A stretch of 64,000 nt of DNA from an uncultured Bacteroidales bacterium (GCA_964489545.1 CAZAZE010000003.1:249527-313526), one strand, 5' to 3'; positions 38,880 to 49,235 are shown, numbered from the stretch's first letter. A program made the numbers and translations. The notes: generated by a model not told the origin, from the letters alone.

Positions 38880-40622
38880 TCAATTTATGGCTTGAAGCTC
38901 GTAGCTGGCGGCTTCAATCAGCTGCCGTGTATATTCCTGTTCGGGGTTTCCGAATATCTTTTCCGGGCTGCCGGTTTCGATGATCCTTCCGTCTTTCATG
39001 ATGACAATGCGGTCGGAGAGGAAGCGGATGACGGAAAGATCGTGCGAGATGAAGATATAGGTCAGGCCGAATTCATCTTTCAGATCCTTTAAAAGGTTCA
39101 GCACCTGGGCCTGGACCGAAACGTCGAGGGCCGAAACCGATTCATCGCAAACGACAAAGCGGGGCCTGACCGCCAAGGCCCGGGCGATGGAAAGGCGCTG
39201 GCGCTGTCCGCCCGAAAGTTCGTGCGGATAACGGTCGAAATGCGCCGGTTCGAGCCCGGTTTTCTCCAGCAGTTCCAGGGCCAGGGCTTTCCTCTCTGCG
39301 TGGTCTTTCCCGATGCGGTGGACCTTCATGGCCTCTGTCAGGGCGCTTCCGGCAGTCTTTCTCGGGTTCAGCGAAGCGAACGGATCCTGGAAGATGATCT
39401 GGATCTCCCGCCGGAACTTTCGCAAGCGGCCGGATCTGAGCTGGAGCAGGTCGATATCGTTGTAGCGTATTTGTCCCTGCCCGGGCATGACGAGCCTCAG
39501 GATTGCCCGGCCGAGGGTGGTTTTCCCGCAGCCCGATTCACCGACCAGGCCCAGGACCTCCCCGGGAAATACTTCAATGGTCACCCCGTCGAGCGCGGTC
39601 ACCCTGTGGTTTCGCTTACCGCCGCGCCGGGCCGGAAAAGATACGCCCAGGCCGGATACCTGAAGCAGGGGTTCGTTGCAGTAGATCCCGGCCATTCTTT
39701 CCCGGTACCGCGCTTCGTTACGCGGCGTAAATGCGACAGGATCCAGTGCGTCCGCGGAGGTGAAGTCGCGGATCGTGGGCAGCCTTTCGGGCGTGTATCC
39801 GGCGGGTGGACGGCAGGCCAGCAGCGCCCGGGTATATGCATGCTGTGGGTTCGTCAGCACTTCGGCGGCTGGCCCCGATTCCACCATTCTGCCATCGCGC
39901 ATGACGGCCAGGTCGTCGGCAATGCCGGAAATCAGGGCCAGGTCGTGGGTGATGAACATCATCGCCATGCCATATTTTACCTGAAGGTCTTTGAGCAGAC
40001 TGATGATACTTTTCTGCACCGTGACGTCGAGCGCGGTGGTGGGCTCGTCGGCGATCAGGATGTCCGGGCCCAGGGCCACGGCCATGGCGATCATCACGCG
40101 CTGCTTCTGTCCGCCGCTGATCTCGTGCGGATAAGCGTTGCAGATACCTTCCGGATCGCTCAGGCGCGTTTCTGAAAACAAGGAGATCGTTTTTTCCTTT
40201 GCCGCCCGCGACGACATATTCCCGTGGATCCTCAGCACTTCGGCGACCTGGTCTCCGCAGCGCATGACCGGGTTGAGGCAGCTCATGGGTTCCTGGAAGA
40301 TCATAGAGATCCTGTTGCCGCGGATCCGGCGCATGAGCCGGGGGCTGGCCTCCGGCAGCGATACCCGGCTCCCGTCGCCCGGATGAAATGTCATTTCACC
40401 GGCGGTGACGATCGCCGGAGGAGTGGTCAGCAGCTTCATCAGGGCCAGGGCGGTGACCGATTTGCCGGATCCCGATTCGCCTACAATACCCAGCGTGCGA
40501 CCCGGGAACAGGGAGAAGCTGATGTTGTCGACGGCCCTGAAGGCCTGCCCTTTGGTGCGGAAGGAAACGGAAAGGTCCCTGACGGTCAGTATTTCCGGTT
40601 GGGTTTTTGCCATGATGGTCAT
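38880..40622 (-). CDS. Fused dipeptide/oligopeptide-type ABC ATP-binding protein with two ATPase domains
   Basis: GESGSGKS / [16 protein letters not shown] / [17 protein letters not shown] / CDESVSALD. Confidence 0.92.
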   Translation of the reverse strand: MTIMAKTQPEILTVRDLSVSFRTKGQAFRAVDNISFSLFPGRTLGIVGESGSGKSVTALALMKLLTTPPAIVTAGEMTFHPGDGSRVSLPEASPRLMRRIRGNRISMIFQEPMSCLNPVMRCGDQVAEVLRIHGNMSSRAAKEKTISLFSETRLSDPEGICNAYPHEISGGQKQRVMIAMAVALGPDILIADEPTTALDVTVQKSIISLLKDLQVKYGMAMMFITHDLALISGIADDLAVMRDGRMVESGPAAEVLTNPQHAYTRALLACRPPAGYTPERLPTIRDFTSADALDPVAFTPRNEARYRERMAGIYCNEPLLQVSGLGVSFPARRGGKRNHRVTALDGVTIEVFPGEVLGLVGESGCGKTTLGRAILRLVMPGQGQIRYNDIDLLQLRSGRLRKFRREIQIIFQDPFASLNPRKTAGSALTEAMKVHRIGKDHAERKALALELLEKTGLEPAHFDRYPHELSGGQRQRLSIARALAVRPRFVVCDESVSALDVSVQAQVLNLLKDLKDEFGLTYIFISHDLSVIRFLSDRIVIMKDGRIIETGSPEKIFGNPEQEYTRQLIEAASYELQAIN

Positions 40623-40630
40623 CCAAAGGT

Positions 40631-40677
40631 AAGATTTTTACTCCGGACCGGGTATAATTCCGGAAAATGCGGATTAA
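40631..40677 (+). promoter_or_regulatory. Bipartite GGGTAT-N14-CGGATTAA motif upstream of comF
   Basis: GGGTAT at 40650-40655, CGGATTAA at 40670-40677. Confidence 0.55.
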
Positions 40678-40696
40678 CAGGAAAAAGAATGATGAC

Positions 40697-41410
40697 ATGA
40701 AAACCGTGATCAATTTCCTCAGGGAATCGGCGGAGGACGTGCTCTGCCTGTTCTTTCCCAACCTGTGCGCGGGATGCGGCCGGCCGCTGCTGCGCGGCGA
40801 ATCCGTGATCTGCGCCCTGTGCCAGTTTCATCTTCCCAAAACTTACTTCCACAACGATCCCGACAATCCCTTGTCCCGCGCGTTCTGGGGCAGGGTGATG
40901 CTGGAATCGGCCGCTTCGTACGTTTATTTCCAGAAAGGCGGCACCATACAGCACCTGCTCCACCAGCTCAAATACAAGAACAGGCCGGACATCGCCTTTC
41001 AACTGGGGAAATGGTACGGCTCGGAGCTGGCCCTTGCGGATGATTTCCGGGATTGCGACCTGGTTGTGCCCGTTCCGCTGCATCCGGCCAAACAAAAACG
41101 CCGTGGTTACAACCAAAGCCAGCTGTTTGCGGAAGGCCTTTCGGCCAGGATGAACGCCCGGATAGAGACCCGGAGCCTCTACCGTAAGATCGATTCGAAG
41201 ACCCAGACGCGAAAAGCCCGGTTTGACCGCTGGGAGAATGTGGAGCACATCTTTGCCGTGCGCGATCCAGGTCGTCTGGCGGGGAATCATGTTCTGCTGG
41301 TCGACGACGTGGTGACCACCGGCGCCACGCTGGAAGCCTGCGCACAGGCCCTGCTTCTGGTACCGGGCGTCAGGATCAGCGTGGCCACGATCGCGTACGC
41401 CGGGATTTAG
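40697..41410 (+). CDS. comF: ComF family amidophosphoribosyltransferase-like protein
   Basis: CAGC...CALC Zn finger, VPVPLHP...RGYNQS, VLLVDDVVTTGATL. Confidence 0.9.
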   Translation: MKTVINFLRESAEDVLCLFFPNLCAGCGRPLLRGESVICALCQFHLPKTYFHNDPDNPLSRAFWGRVMLESAASYVYFQKGGTIQHLLHQLKYKNRPDIAFQLGKWYGSELALADDFRDCDLVVPVPLHPAKQKRRGYNQSQLFAEGLSARMNARIETRSLYRKIDSKTQTRKARFDRWENVEHIFAVRDPGRLAGNHVLLVDDVVTTGATLEACAQALLLVPGVRISVATIAYAGI

Positions 41411-41412
41411 GC

Positions 41413-44022
41413 TCAGCGCCGGCGCGCGAGGACGCAGGCGTGCCTGAAGCGGTGCGTTTTACCATCCATTCCCAGCGCTTCGGCCAGGATCACATAGATA
41501 CCGTCAGGGGCGGGGGTGCGGTCGTCGAGCAGACCGTCCCAGGTGTAGATCCCCTCTGTGCCCGGGAACTCCGCGTTCACCAGGTTCCGGGCCAGCCGGC
41601 CTCCGGAGGTGAACACCAGGATGCTCATCAACTTTCCCGGCGCATCGAATGAATACTGAATCCCCAGGTGGTCGTCCATCCCGTCGCCGTCGGGGGAGAA
41701 CAGTTCCGGGCTGACGGAGAATACTCCCCCGGTCGCCAATGCCTCCAGGCGCTGGGAATTCCGGTAGCCCGGCGTGCCAAATCCAGCCGTTTCCGCAGCG
41801 GAATACCAGTTTCCCCGGTCGAATCCCGATACCCCTGGGACAATGCGCTCCAGGGCGACCCCTTCCACCGAATTCAGCAGAGGATGGTGCATGTCTTCAT
41901 GGTACTTCATCCCGTCGATGATGCTTCCGCTGCCATCCAGGAGGAGCGCGCAACCCTCCTCGTTACTATATGCGGGCATTTGTGCTACCCTTTGGAGATG
42001 GAGCGGGTATGGGCAGAAATATTGCTGACTTACCCGGCCGGGGTCTTCACTGAGCAACAGATAACCGTCGGGTAGCAGAAAATGGCCATCCATCAGGAGG
42101 GGATATTTTGTCGTATCCGGTGGATTGGGTTCGGTTTCCTGCACTGAAGCCAGTGTAAGCCCGCTGAGACTGACGGTTTTTCCCAGGGGGTTATGGAGTT
42201 CAATATAGTCCGGGCCGTCGCCGAGGGGGTTGAACAGGATCTCATTGATGACCAGTGCGGCGCTGTCGCAGGGTTCCGGCCAGGCGAAGGATGCCCGGAG
42301 CTCCCGGCCGGATTTTTGGGCGATGCAATTGCACAGATCCCCGGAAACTACGACTTCCATGACCATTCCGGAAGGGATTGGCATATCCGTGACCAGGCCC
42401 ACGGTCCGGCTTTCCGGCGCCCCGGGAAGGGCCTGCGCCACCTGCATCAGCGGGGGATCAAATCGGTAGTGGCTGATGCCGGAAGCGGAAATGCTGTCGG
42501 GCACCTGCGAAAAGATCAGCTCCAGCAGATTGGAGTCTGCGACCCGAATGCCGGCAATCTCCATCTCTTCCTGACCCGTGACCGGAAACAGGTTGCCCCG
42601 TCCGGGAGTCCCTCCGGCGGGATGGGCCGATGCGCGCCAGTTGCGGTAGTCTTTACAGGGGCTGGTTGTATCCTGCATTTCCAGGGCCCACCCTCCTTCG
42701 GATTTTGCCGGATCACAATACCAGGAAGGATCATAGGCAAGCGCGCAAATCGTTTGCCCTTTGGGATCCATTAATCGCAGGGTAGTACCGTTGTTGGGCA
42801 GGCTGAAAGAAGGAATACCGGTTACGTTCCCGTGGTTGACCAGGGCTGCCGCGCCTTCGACGCTGCTGAGCAGGGCGTAGCTTCCCGGTGGCATGATGAC
42901 GGGGGGCAGAACCTGGACCGATGATCCGGACTGGAACCGCCAGCCCGCCAGGTTGAGCTCAAACCCGCTCCTGTTGAGCAATTCAACATATTCCGCCTCC
43001 GGAAGGCTGACGATGGGTGAAGGATCGGCCATGATCTCTGTGAAAATCACTTCCCAGGGCCTGCATTCGTAATAGAAAACCGATAGCAGGGCTTCTTCCA
43101 TGATGTTGCCGGCATCGTCCCGGATATTTCTTACCATGAGGGTATAGGATGCCCCGTTTTCCATCTGATATTCAAAAAACAAATGCACCTGTTCCGGTTC
43201 GAGGAGGCGAAAGGCCTCAAACGGATGGCTCATCCCCGGAGTCAGCTCATAATTGAGCACTTCGGAAGCGCTGCTTTCCGCTACCGCCTCCGAGAAGATG
43301 AGCCGGATTTCATCCCGCCCCACGACCTCCGCGGCGACCAGTTCCGGCGGCAGTGTATCGACGATCATCGGGCCGGCATAGAGGTCATCAAAATAGAATT
43401 TGGAAGCGTTAGAGCTGGTATACTGGCAAAAGAGACCGAAAAACGCTCCATCCACTACCGTGGTTTCGGTCAGGGTCCCGACCGTGTCCGCCGGGTTTCC
43501 TCCGGCCGCGTCCGCCAGGAAGGTCCACAGCCCTTCCGCATCCCGCGTGATCCGTATCCGCAGGCTGTTGGTGGAATTCCCGGTGAACAGCGCATCCAGG
43601 GTGAGCAGCCGGATCATCTCCAGGGAATCCTGCCGGAAGAACGACACGCTGTCGTCGGCCCCTCCCGCCTGGATAAAAAAACCCTCCAGCGGCGATTTCA
43701 GGTCGCTCTGGTCGGAACACAGGTAGATCCTGGCGAAATTTCCGGCAGAGGTGTTCATGCTCATTTTGATCCAGAATTGCCATTCCATGGCGCTGAAACT
43801 GCCGCTTTCTGCAACCAGCGACGACTGCCCGGCCTCGGGCGCATCAAGCTGCAGTGCAGGGCGCATGTTCTCCGGCACGGCGGAGGATACGCTGATCTTG
43901 AAATGGCCGGTATCGCCCATCCAGGCAGGATTTTGCGTGAAATCTCCGTCGTCGAACTGTTCAAACACCTGGGCGCGCAGGCAACAAGGGAGCACGATAA
44001 TCAGAAATAACAATGTTCTCAT
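41413..44022 (-). CDS. Lamin-tail-domain surface protein with a CHU_C/gliding-motility-type C-terminal domain
   Basis: Signal peptide; VIFTEIMADP...EYVELLN and VINEILFNP...DYIELHN (two LTD-like domains), Ig-like segments, GTPG; C-terminal FSPDGDGMDD...YTWDG. Confidence 0.78.
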   Translation of the reverse strand: MRTLLFLIIVLPCCLRAQVFEQFDDGDFTQNPAWMGDTGHFKISVSSAVPENMRPALQLDAPEAGQSSLVAESGSFSAMEWQFWIKMSMNTSAGNFARIYLCSDQSDLKSPLEGFFIQAGGADDSVSFFRQDSLEMIRLLTLDALFTGNSTNSLRIRITRDAEGLWTFLADAAGGNPADTVGTLTETTVVDGAFFGLFCQYTSSNASKFYFDDLYAGPMIVDTLPPELVAAEVVGRDEIRLIFSEAVAESSASEVLNYELTPGMSHPFEAFRLLEPEQVHLFFEYQMENGASYTLMVRNIRDDAGNIMEEALLSVFYYECRPWEVIFTEIMADPSPIVSLPEAEYVELLNRSGFELNLAGWRFQSGSSVQVLPPVIMPPGSYALLSSVEGAAALVNHGNVTGIPSFSLPNNGTTLRLMDPKGQTICALAYDPSWYCDPAKSEGGWALEMQDTTSPCKDYRNWRASAHPAGGTPGRGNLFPVTGQEEMEIAGIRVADSNLLELIFSQVPDSISASGISHYRFDPPLMQVAQALPGAPESRTVGLVTDMPIPSGMVMEVVVSGDLCNCIAQKSGRELRASFAWPEPCDSAALVINEILFNPLGDGPDYIELHNPLGKTVSLSGLTLASVQETEPNPPDTTKYPLLMDGHFLLPDGYLLLSEDPGRVSQQYFCPYPLHLQRVAQMPAYSNEEGCALLLDGSGSIIDGMKYHEDMHHPLLNSVEGVALERIVPGVSGFDRGNWYSAAETAGFGTPGYRNSQRLEALATGGVFSVSPELFSPDGDGMDDHLGIQYSFDAPGKLMSILVFTSGGRLARNLVNAEFPGTEGIYTWDGLLDDRTPAPDGIYVILAEALGMDGKTHRFRHACVLARRR

Positions 44023-44036
44023 GGCTTTTTTCCCTG

Positions 44037-44083
44037 TTTATCCGCTTTTTTTGAGAATATACCCGGTCACGGTGAAAATATTT
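44037..44083 (-). promoter_or_regulatory. Bipartite GGGTAT-N14-CGGATAAA motif upstream of the lamin-tail gene
   Basis: Plus strand shows TTTATCCG at 44037-44044 and ATACCC at 44059-44064. Confidence 0.55.
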
Positions 44084-44124
44084 TCCGGCCAAATGACTAA
44101 TTTTGCGCTTTTAAAGATGATGCG

Positions 44125-45120
44125 ATGAAGATCTGTGTCCTTGGTGCAACAGGCCTGGTAGGCCGGGAGATGATCGCTGTGCTCGAAGAGCAGGGGTTTG
44201 GCGGTCATGAACTGATCCCCGTCGCGTCGGGCCGTTCCGAGGGCAATCCGGTTACTTTTGCCGGGAAAGACTTCATTATTACCGATGCCGCCACGGCGGT
44301 GGCCCTGAAACCACAGATCGCGCTATTCAGCGCCGGGGCATCCGTTTCGCGTGAATGGGCCCCGAAGTTTGCCGCCGCGGGTACTTATGTGATCGATAAC
44401 TCGTCGGCCTGGAGGAAGGAAAAAGAGATCCCGCTGGTGGTCCCGGAGATCAATGCCGGTGTGATCCGGCCGACCGACCGCATCATCGCCAACCCCAACT
44501 GCTCCACGATCCAGCTCGTAATGGTGCTGGCGCCCCTGCACAAAGCGTACCGGATCCGGCGCGTGGTCGTTTCGACCTACCAGTCGGTTACCGGCAGCGG
44601 GGCCAAAGGGATGAACCAGCTGATGAGCGAAAGGCAGGGGAAGAACGAAGCCGCTTTTTATCCCCATACGATCGACCTCAACCTGATCCCGGAAGCCGGC
44701 GAGTTTGCCGGCGACGGCTATACGACCGAAGAAGAAAAGCTGGCCTTCGAGACCCGGAAGATCATGGGCGACGAACAGATCAGGCTGACGGCCACCTGCG
44801 TCCGCGTCCCGGTGCTGGGCGGGCATTCAGAGTCGGTGAACATCGAGTTCGAACGGCCGTACGACCTGGATGAGGCGCGGAACCTGCTGAAGGGGACCGA
44901 AGGCATCGCCGTTGTCGATGATCCTTCACGGCATGCGTACCCCATGCCCAAAGATGCGCGGGGCCGGGATGAGGTGTTTGTGGGCAGGATCCGGAGGGAT
45001 TTTACAATAGATAACGGCCTGAACCTGTGGGTGGTATCCGACAACGTCCGGAAGGGTGCGGCGACCAATGCGGTGCAGATCGCCCGGTATTTAATCCAAA
45101 AAGGCCTGGCCGGCGCGTAA
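44125..45120 (+). CDS. asd: Aspartate-semialdehyde dehydrogenase
   Basis: VLGATGLVG, VIDNSSAWR, IANPNCST, VSTYQSVTGSG, VRVPVLGGHS, DNVRKGAATNAVQ. Confidence 0.96.
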   Translation: MKICVLGATGLVGREMIAVLEEQGFGGHELIPVASGRSEGNPVTFAGKDFIITDAATAVALKPQIALFSAGASVSREWAPKFAAAGTYVIDNSSAWRKEKEIPLVVPEINAGVIRPTDRIIANPNCSTIQLVMVLAPLHKAYRIRRVVVSTYQSVTGSGAKGMNQLMSERQGKNEAAFYPHTIDLNLIPEAGEFAGDGYTTEEEKLAFETRKIMGDEQIRLTATCVRVPVLGGHSESVNIEFERPYDLDEARNLLKGTEGIAVVDDPSRHAYPMPKDARGRDEVFVGRIRRDFTIDNGLNLWVVSDNVRKGAATNAVQIARYLIQKGLAGA

Positions 45121-45133
45121 AGATGCTGCTGTC

Positions 45134-46060
45134 GTGAACATTTATCATCATATCGACCTCTTCCAGCCCGTCCGCAACCCTGTGGTGAGCGTGGGCACCT
45201 TCGACGGAGTGCACCGGGGGCACCAGGAGATCTTCCGGATCATGACCGAAGAAGCCAGAAATTGTGATGGAGAAACCGTTGTGGTAACTTTTTACCCGCA
45301 TCCCCGGCTGGTCATTCACCCCGACAGCCGCAACCTCAGGTTCATCAACACCCAGGAGCGCAAGTACGAGATCATCCAGCGCAGCGGGATCGACCACCTC
45401 ATTGTGATGCCGTTCACCCGGGAATTCGCCAACCTATCGGGGGCGGAATTCGTGAAACGCTTCCTGGTCGACCGGATCAGAACGCATAAACTGATCGTGG
45501 GCTACGACCATCATTTCGGTAAAGACCGCCTGGGCAGTTCCATCGAGCTGCGCGGGCTGGGAAAGATGCACGGATTCGACGTCAGGGAGGTGCCCGCATT
45601 GTCCGTCGACGGGATATCGGTCAGCTCCACCAAGGTCAGGGATGCGTTGAACCGGGGCGATATCCGCCTGGCCAACATGCTGCTCGGCTATGATTACTCG
45701 ATCTCTGGGAAAGTGGTTTACGGAAACCGCATCGGCCGCACACTGGGATTTCCCACGGCCAACATCGAGCTGGAAGACGAATACAAGCTGATCTCTGCGG
45801 TCGGCGTCTACGCGTGCAAAGTGGATCACCACGGGGTGATCTACAAAGGGATGGGCAACATCGGCTATCGCCCCACCATCGACAGGGGCAACCTGACCAT
45901 CGAGGTGAACATTTTTGATTTTGACCAGGAGATCTACGGCGACCGCATCATCATCTATTTCCTGGAGCGGATCCGCGACGAAGTGAAATTCGACAACCTG
46001 GCGGCCCTGCGCGAACAACTGATCATCGACCGGGGAAGGGTGCAGGAGATACTACGTTAG
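45134..46060 (+). CDS. ribF: Bifunctional riboflavin kinase/FAD synthetase
   Basis: GTFDGVHRGH, VGYDHHFG, SSTKVR, GRTLGFPTAN, NIGYRPT. Confidence 0.96.
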   Translation: MNIYHHIDLFQPVRNPVVSVGTFDGVHRGHQEIFRIMTEEARNCDGETVVVTFYPHPRLVIHPDSRNLRFINTQERKYEIIQRSGIDHLIVMPFTREFANLSGAEFVKRFLVDRIRTHKLIVGYDHHFGKDRLGSSIELRGLGKMHGFDVREVPALSVDGISVSSTKVRDALNRGDIRLANMLLGYDYSISGKVVYGNRIGRTLGFPTANIELEDEYKLISAVGVYACKVDHHGVIYKGMGNIGYRPTIDRGNLTIEVNIFDFDQEIYGDRIIIYFLERIRDEVKFDNLAALREQLIIDRGRVQEILR

Positions 46061-46113
46061 TTCCAGGGTTTCAGGGTTCCAGGTTCCAGAGTTCCAGGTT
46101 CCAGAGTTCCATA
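46060..46113. repeat. Tandem array of 7 units (GTTCCAGG-like, 7-8 bp), downstream arm of cassette 1
   Basis: gttccagg gtttcagg gttccag gttccaga gttccag gttccaga gttccata. Confidence 0.92.
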
Positions 46114-46120
46114 GTTATTC

Positions 46121-46510
46121 TTATTTGTATTTTCTGCCCTTTAATTCGGTCTCTTTCAAGTATTTGATTAGTTTATTTAAAGACCTGATAATTTCTAAAG
46201 ACTGTTCATTTAACTCCTGGAAACGATTGGTTTCCAAATACAACAGACGTGCTGCAATAATCAGCTGGCAGCGCAATTCTCCACAGGATCCTTTGGCAAT
46301 ATGAAGAAAATTAAGGAATTCTTTATTACCATCTCTTTCAAAACCTTCAGCGATATTAGATGCAATTGAAATAGCTGACTTTCTGACCTGATTGGTTAGT
46401 ACATAATCTTTAGAAAATGGGCCACGGCTAGTCTCATGGTAAATTTGTGTCGTTAAATCAATGGATTTCTGCCACACCTCCATTTCTTCGAATCGTTTAA
46501 ACGTGCTCAT
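46121..46510 (-). CDS. Four helix bundle protein (TIGR02436/PF05635 IVS-protein family)
   Basis: FEEMEVWQKS, LTNQVRKSAISIASNIAEGFER, FLHIAKGSCGELRCQL; visibly AT-rich. Confidence 0.92.
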   Translation of the reverse strand: MSTFKRFEEMEVWQKSIDLTTQIYHETSRGPFSKDYVLTNQVRKSAISIASNIAEGFERDGNKEFLNFLHIAKGSCGELRCQLIIAARLLYLETNRFQELNEQSLEIIRSLNKLIKYLKETELKGRKYK

Positions 46511-46601
46511 AGTGATAAATTATTTTTATCAGTTAATTGCATTTTGACTCAAAAAATACCCGGTTGTTAATAAAAATACCCAGCTTGCTCAGAAAGAAAA
46601 C

Positions 46602-46680
46602 TCTGGAACTATGGAACTGTGGAACTGTGGAACCCTGAAACCCTGGAACCCTGGAACCTGGAACCCTGGAACCCTGGAAC
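46602..46680. repeat. Tandem array of 10 units (CCTGGAAC-like), upstream arm of cassette 1
   Basis: tctggaac tatggaac tgtggaac tgtggaac cctgaaac cctggaac cctggaac ctggaac cctggaac cctggaac; reverse complement of the 46060 array units. Confidence 0.92.
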
Positions 46681-46682
46681 TC

Positions 46683-47150
46683 TTACCTCTTCCTGACAAT
46701 CAGTCCGACCTGCATGATCCCGGCGAGATCGGCCTGCGACATGGCGCTGGAAACTTCGATGCGGCAGATGCCGGGTTCCGTGAAACGAAAGCCCTCCCAG
46801 GCCAGGAAATTCAAATCCCAGAGTGCGCCCATTCCGTTGCCCAGGTTTTTGCCTTCGGCGTCCTTCACCGGGATCCGGAAGCTGTTGTTCCGCGTTTCGC
46901 CCGAAGGAGTTTCCATGTTGAAATAAATGTCCAGGTTCCGGTAAGGGATATCGGTATGGTGGCGTATGGCCACAAGGATGTCGTATTCCGTGTCGATATC
47001 CTGGATTTCCACGTCAAACACTTTGACATCGAAGCGGTTCCACACCAGCCCCCGGGTATCGAGGTGTTCTTCGTAGATCTTTCCCGGGCTGCAGGCGCCC
47101 AGGATCAGCAGGAAAGGTATGATCAGGGATATCGTTCTCATCGTCTTCAT
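46683..47150 (-). CDS. gldH: Gliding motility lipoprotein GldH
   Basis: Lipobox LGAC; IAIRH-like LVAIRHHTDIPYRNL, GNGMGALWD, YRI-like CRIEVSSAM, GIMQVGLIV. Confidence 0.78.
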   Translation of the reverse strand: MKTMRTISLIIPFLLILGACSPGKIYEEHLDTRGLVWNRFDVKVFDVEIQDIDTEYDILVAIRHHTDIPYRNLDIYFNMETPSGETRNNSFRIPVKDAEGKNLGNGMGALWDLNFLAWEGFRFTEPGICRIEVSSAMSQADLAGIMQVGLIVRKR

Positions 47151-47254
47151 CAACAAAAATAATTCAAATCGGTTTAAAAACATGTTCAAGGATTATCCTG
47201 TCACCGGTCATTCTTCCGTTAATCATCCTTATTTTCGCCCTGAAATTGATTTCA

Positions 47255-47878
47255 ATGCCGGCGAAAAAGTATTACGTGGTTTGGAGCGGGCTCAGGCCGG
47301 GGGTGTATGAGACCTGGAAGGAGTGCGAGGCACAGATCCGGGGCGTGGACGGCGCCGTGTACAAATCATTTCCCGACCGGGAAAGCGCCGTTAAGGCCCT
47401 GAATTCGGACTGGAGGGAATATATCGGGAAGAAGAAGGAGGAGCCGGCGAAGAAGGTGCAGCGCGACCGGCAGAGCATACGGGAAAGTATCAGCGTCGAC
47501 GCCGCCTGCAGCGGGAACCCGGGCGTTCTGGAATACCGGGGCGTGGAAACCGCTACCGGCCGGCAGCTGTTCCACCAGGGCCCTTTTCCACTGGGAACTG
47601 TGAACATCGGCGAATTTCTGGCCATCGTGCACGCGCTGGCCTACCTTCAGAAATACGGCAGCAACCTGCCGGTCTATTCCGATTCACGCACTGCCATCAA
47701 ATGGACCCGGGATAAAGCCATCAAGACCAATCTACCGAGAAACAGCAAAACGGAAGCTCTTTTTGACCTGGTCGACCGGGCGATCAACTGGCTGAAAATC
47801 CATGATTATCCCAATCAAATCTTAAAATGGGAAACGGACCGGTGGGGAGAAATCCCGGCGGATTTCGGGAGGAAGTGA
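47255..47878 (+). CDS. rnhA: Ribonuclease HI with an N-terminal hybrid-binding (viroplasmin-like) domain
   Basis: KKYYVVWSG...PGVYETW, SVDAACSGNPG, NIGEFLAIVHAL, YSDS, KWETDRWGEIPADFGRK. Confidence 0.93.
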   Translation: MPAKKYYVVWSGLRPGVYETWKECEAQIRGVDGAVYKSFPDRESAVKALNSDWREYIGKKKEEPAKKVQRDRQSIRESISVDAACSGNPGVLEYRGVETATGRQLFHQGPFPLGTVNIGEFLAIVHALAYLQKYGSNLPVYSDSRTAIKWTRDKAIKTNLPRNSKTEALFDLVDRAINWLKIHDYPNQILKWETDRWGEIPADFGRK

Positions 47879-47879
47879 A

Positions 47880-49235
47880 CTACCCTGTCGCCAGCCTGAC
47901 AGAGATATCAATTTTTATCATGAAATGCAGGCCGATGCCGAGGACGATCCTCAGGAACAGCAGCAGGGCCAGCATCATGGCCAGGTAGCCTATATTGATC
48001 TTCCTGACTTTTTTCACCTTCAGCAGGTTCAGCCTGGGTTTTACCCTGGGGTTGAAGAAGGGGGGAATGACGAGGAACATCATGCTGAAGAACATCAGGG
48101 TTTCGTAAGGATATTCAAATCCCCGGGGCAAGCGGAGCAGCAGCATGATCACGGTTCCGAGGAACCAGGGGATGAGCATCTGCAGTAAGAAAAACGCGGT
48201 CCGGTTTTCCGGCTTGATCCGGTTGAGGGAGTCGGAGGTTTCCAGGATCTTTTCCGCGGAATAATAGCCAATCAGGCCCAGGACAAATAATGAGATGATG
48301 GAGAACATGAATTTGAAGGCCGTATTCATGTACATCCATGCCGCCACATAGCCGAAGCCTTCAGAGGTGATGATGCCGCTGGGCAGCGCGCCGAAGAAAT
48401 GATTGAACAGGTGGAACGAGGTCCAGAGCACGAACAGCTTTTGCAATCCGATCAGCCGGCGGTGCTTGAATACCACCCTGAGGAGAAAAAGACCCAGGAA
48501 AAGGCAGAAAAACGGAGGGATGCCCGTTACGAGCAGGATATTGAACCGGTTCCAGAGCGTAGAATGATCGTTGAATTTCAGGTCATAGTAGTATAAGGTC
48601 GAATCCAGTCCGTAAACGGATGCGACCAGCATACTGGTGAGCCAGTAGAACAGGTAGACGAGGACATAAGTGGCCACGAAGATCAGCAGCGAGTTCACCA
48701 TAATGGTGAGGCTTCGGTAGAATTCGCTGCGCTGGGAGAACAGCGGTATTCTTTTGGCCCGGGCCTCTTCGCTTTCGGCGGAAATGGTGAAAAGTTTCTG
48801 CCCCAGGGAGCGGCCGGATTCCATTTTCCGGTATTCCTTCTGGTGTTTCCGGCGCATCTTGTTCTTGAAGCGTTCCTCCCGGCGGATTTCCCGGCGCTGG
48901 GCTCTTAGTTTGAAGTAATACCGGATGGACTCCGCAATGGATTTTTTTCGCCGGGGGTATGTTTCCTGCCCGCCATCAATGGGAAACTCAACCGGTTTTG
49001 TTTTTTCAGGCGAAGATGGAGTCTGCTTACTGATGGGGATTCCTTCCTGTGGATCAGGCTTGGTCTCGATGGAATGCTCCCTGTGTTCCTGGGGTTTTTC
49101 GTCCGGAAAGTGGATTCCGGGGAACGACGACCGGTGGGTTTTGTATTTATTGCGGCCCAGCAGCCGGTCCCAGAAACTCCTGCGGTGTTTGCGGCGCTTC
49201 GATGAACTGCGGTGGTGTTGGTCGGATCCGGCCAT
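47880..49235 (-). CDS. Hypothetical multi-pass membrane protein with a long basic/charged N-terminal region
   Basis: About 160 aa Arg/Lys/Glu-rich N-terminus, then about 7 hydrophobic segments; no family recognised. Confidence 0.6.
   Translation of the reverse strand: MAGSDQHHRSSSKRRKHRRSFWDRLLGRNKYKTHRSSFPGIHFPDEKPQEHREHSIETKPDPQEGIPISKQTPSSPEKTKPVEFPIDGGQETYPRRKKSIAESIRYYFKLRAQRREIRREERFKNKMRRKHQKEYRKMESGRSLGQKLFTISAESEEARAKRIPLFSQRSEFYRSLTIMVNSLLIFVATYVLVYLFYWLTSMLVASVYGLDSTLYYYDLKFNDHSTLWNRFNILLVTGIPPFFCLFLGLFLLRVVFKHRRLIGLQKLFVLWTSFHLFNHFFGALPSGIITSEGFGYVAAWMYMNTAFKFMFSIISLFVLGLIGYYSAEKILETSDSLNRIKPENRTAFFLLQMLIPWFLGTVIMLLLRLPRGFEYPYETLMFFSMMFLVIPPFFNPRVKPRLNLLKVKKVRKINIGYLAMMLALLLFLRIVLGIGLHFMIKIDISVRLATG

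Noticed and set aside
46611-47162. ORF beginning MELWNCGTLKPWNPGTWNPG
   Set aside because: Read-through of the repeat array, antisense to gldH.
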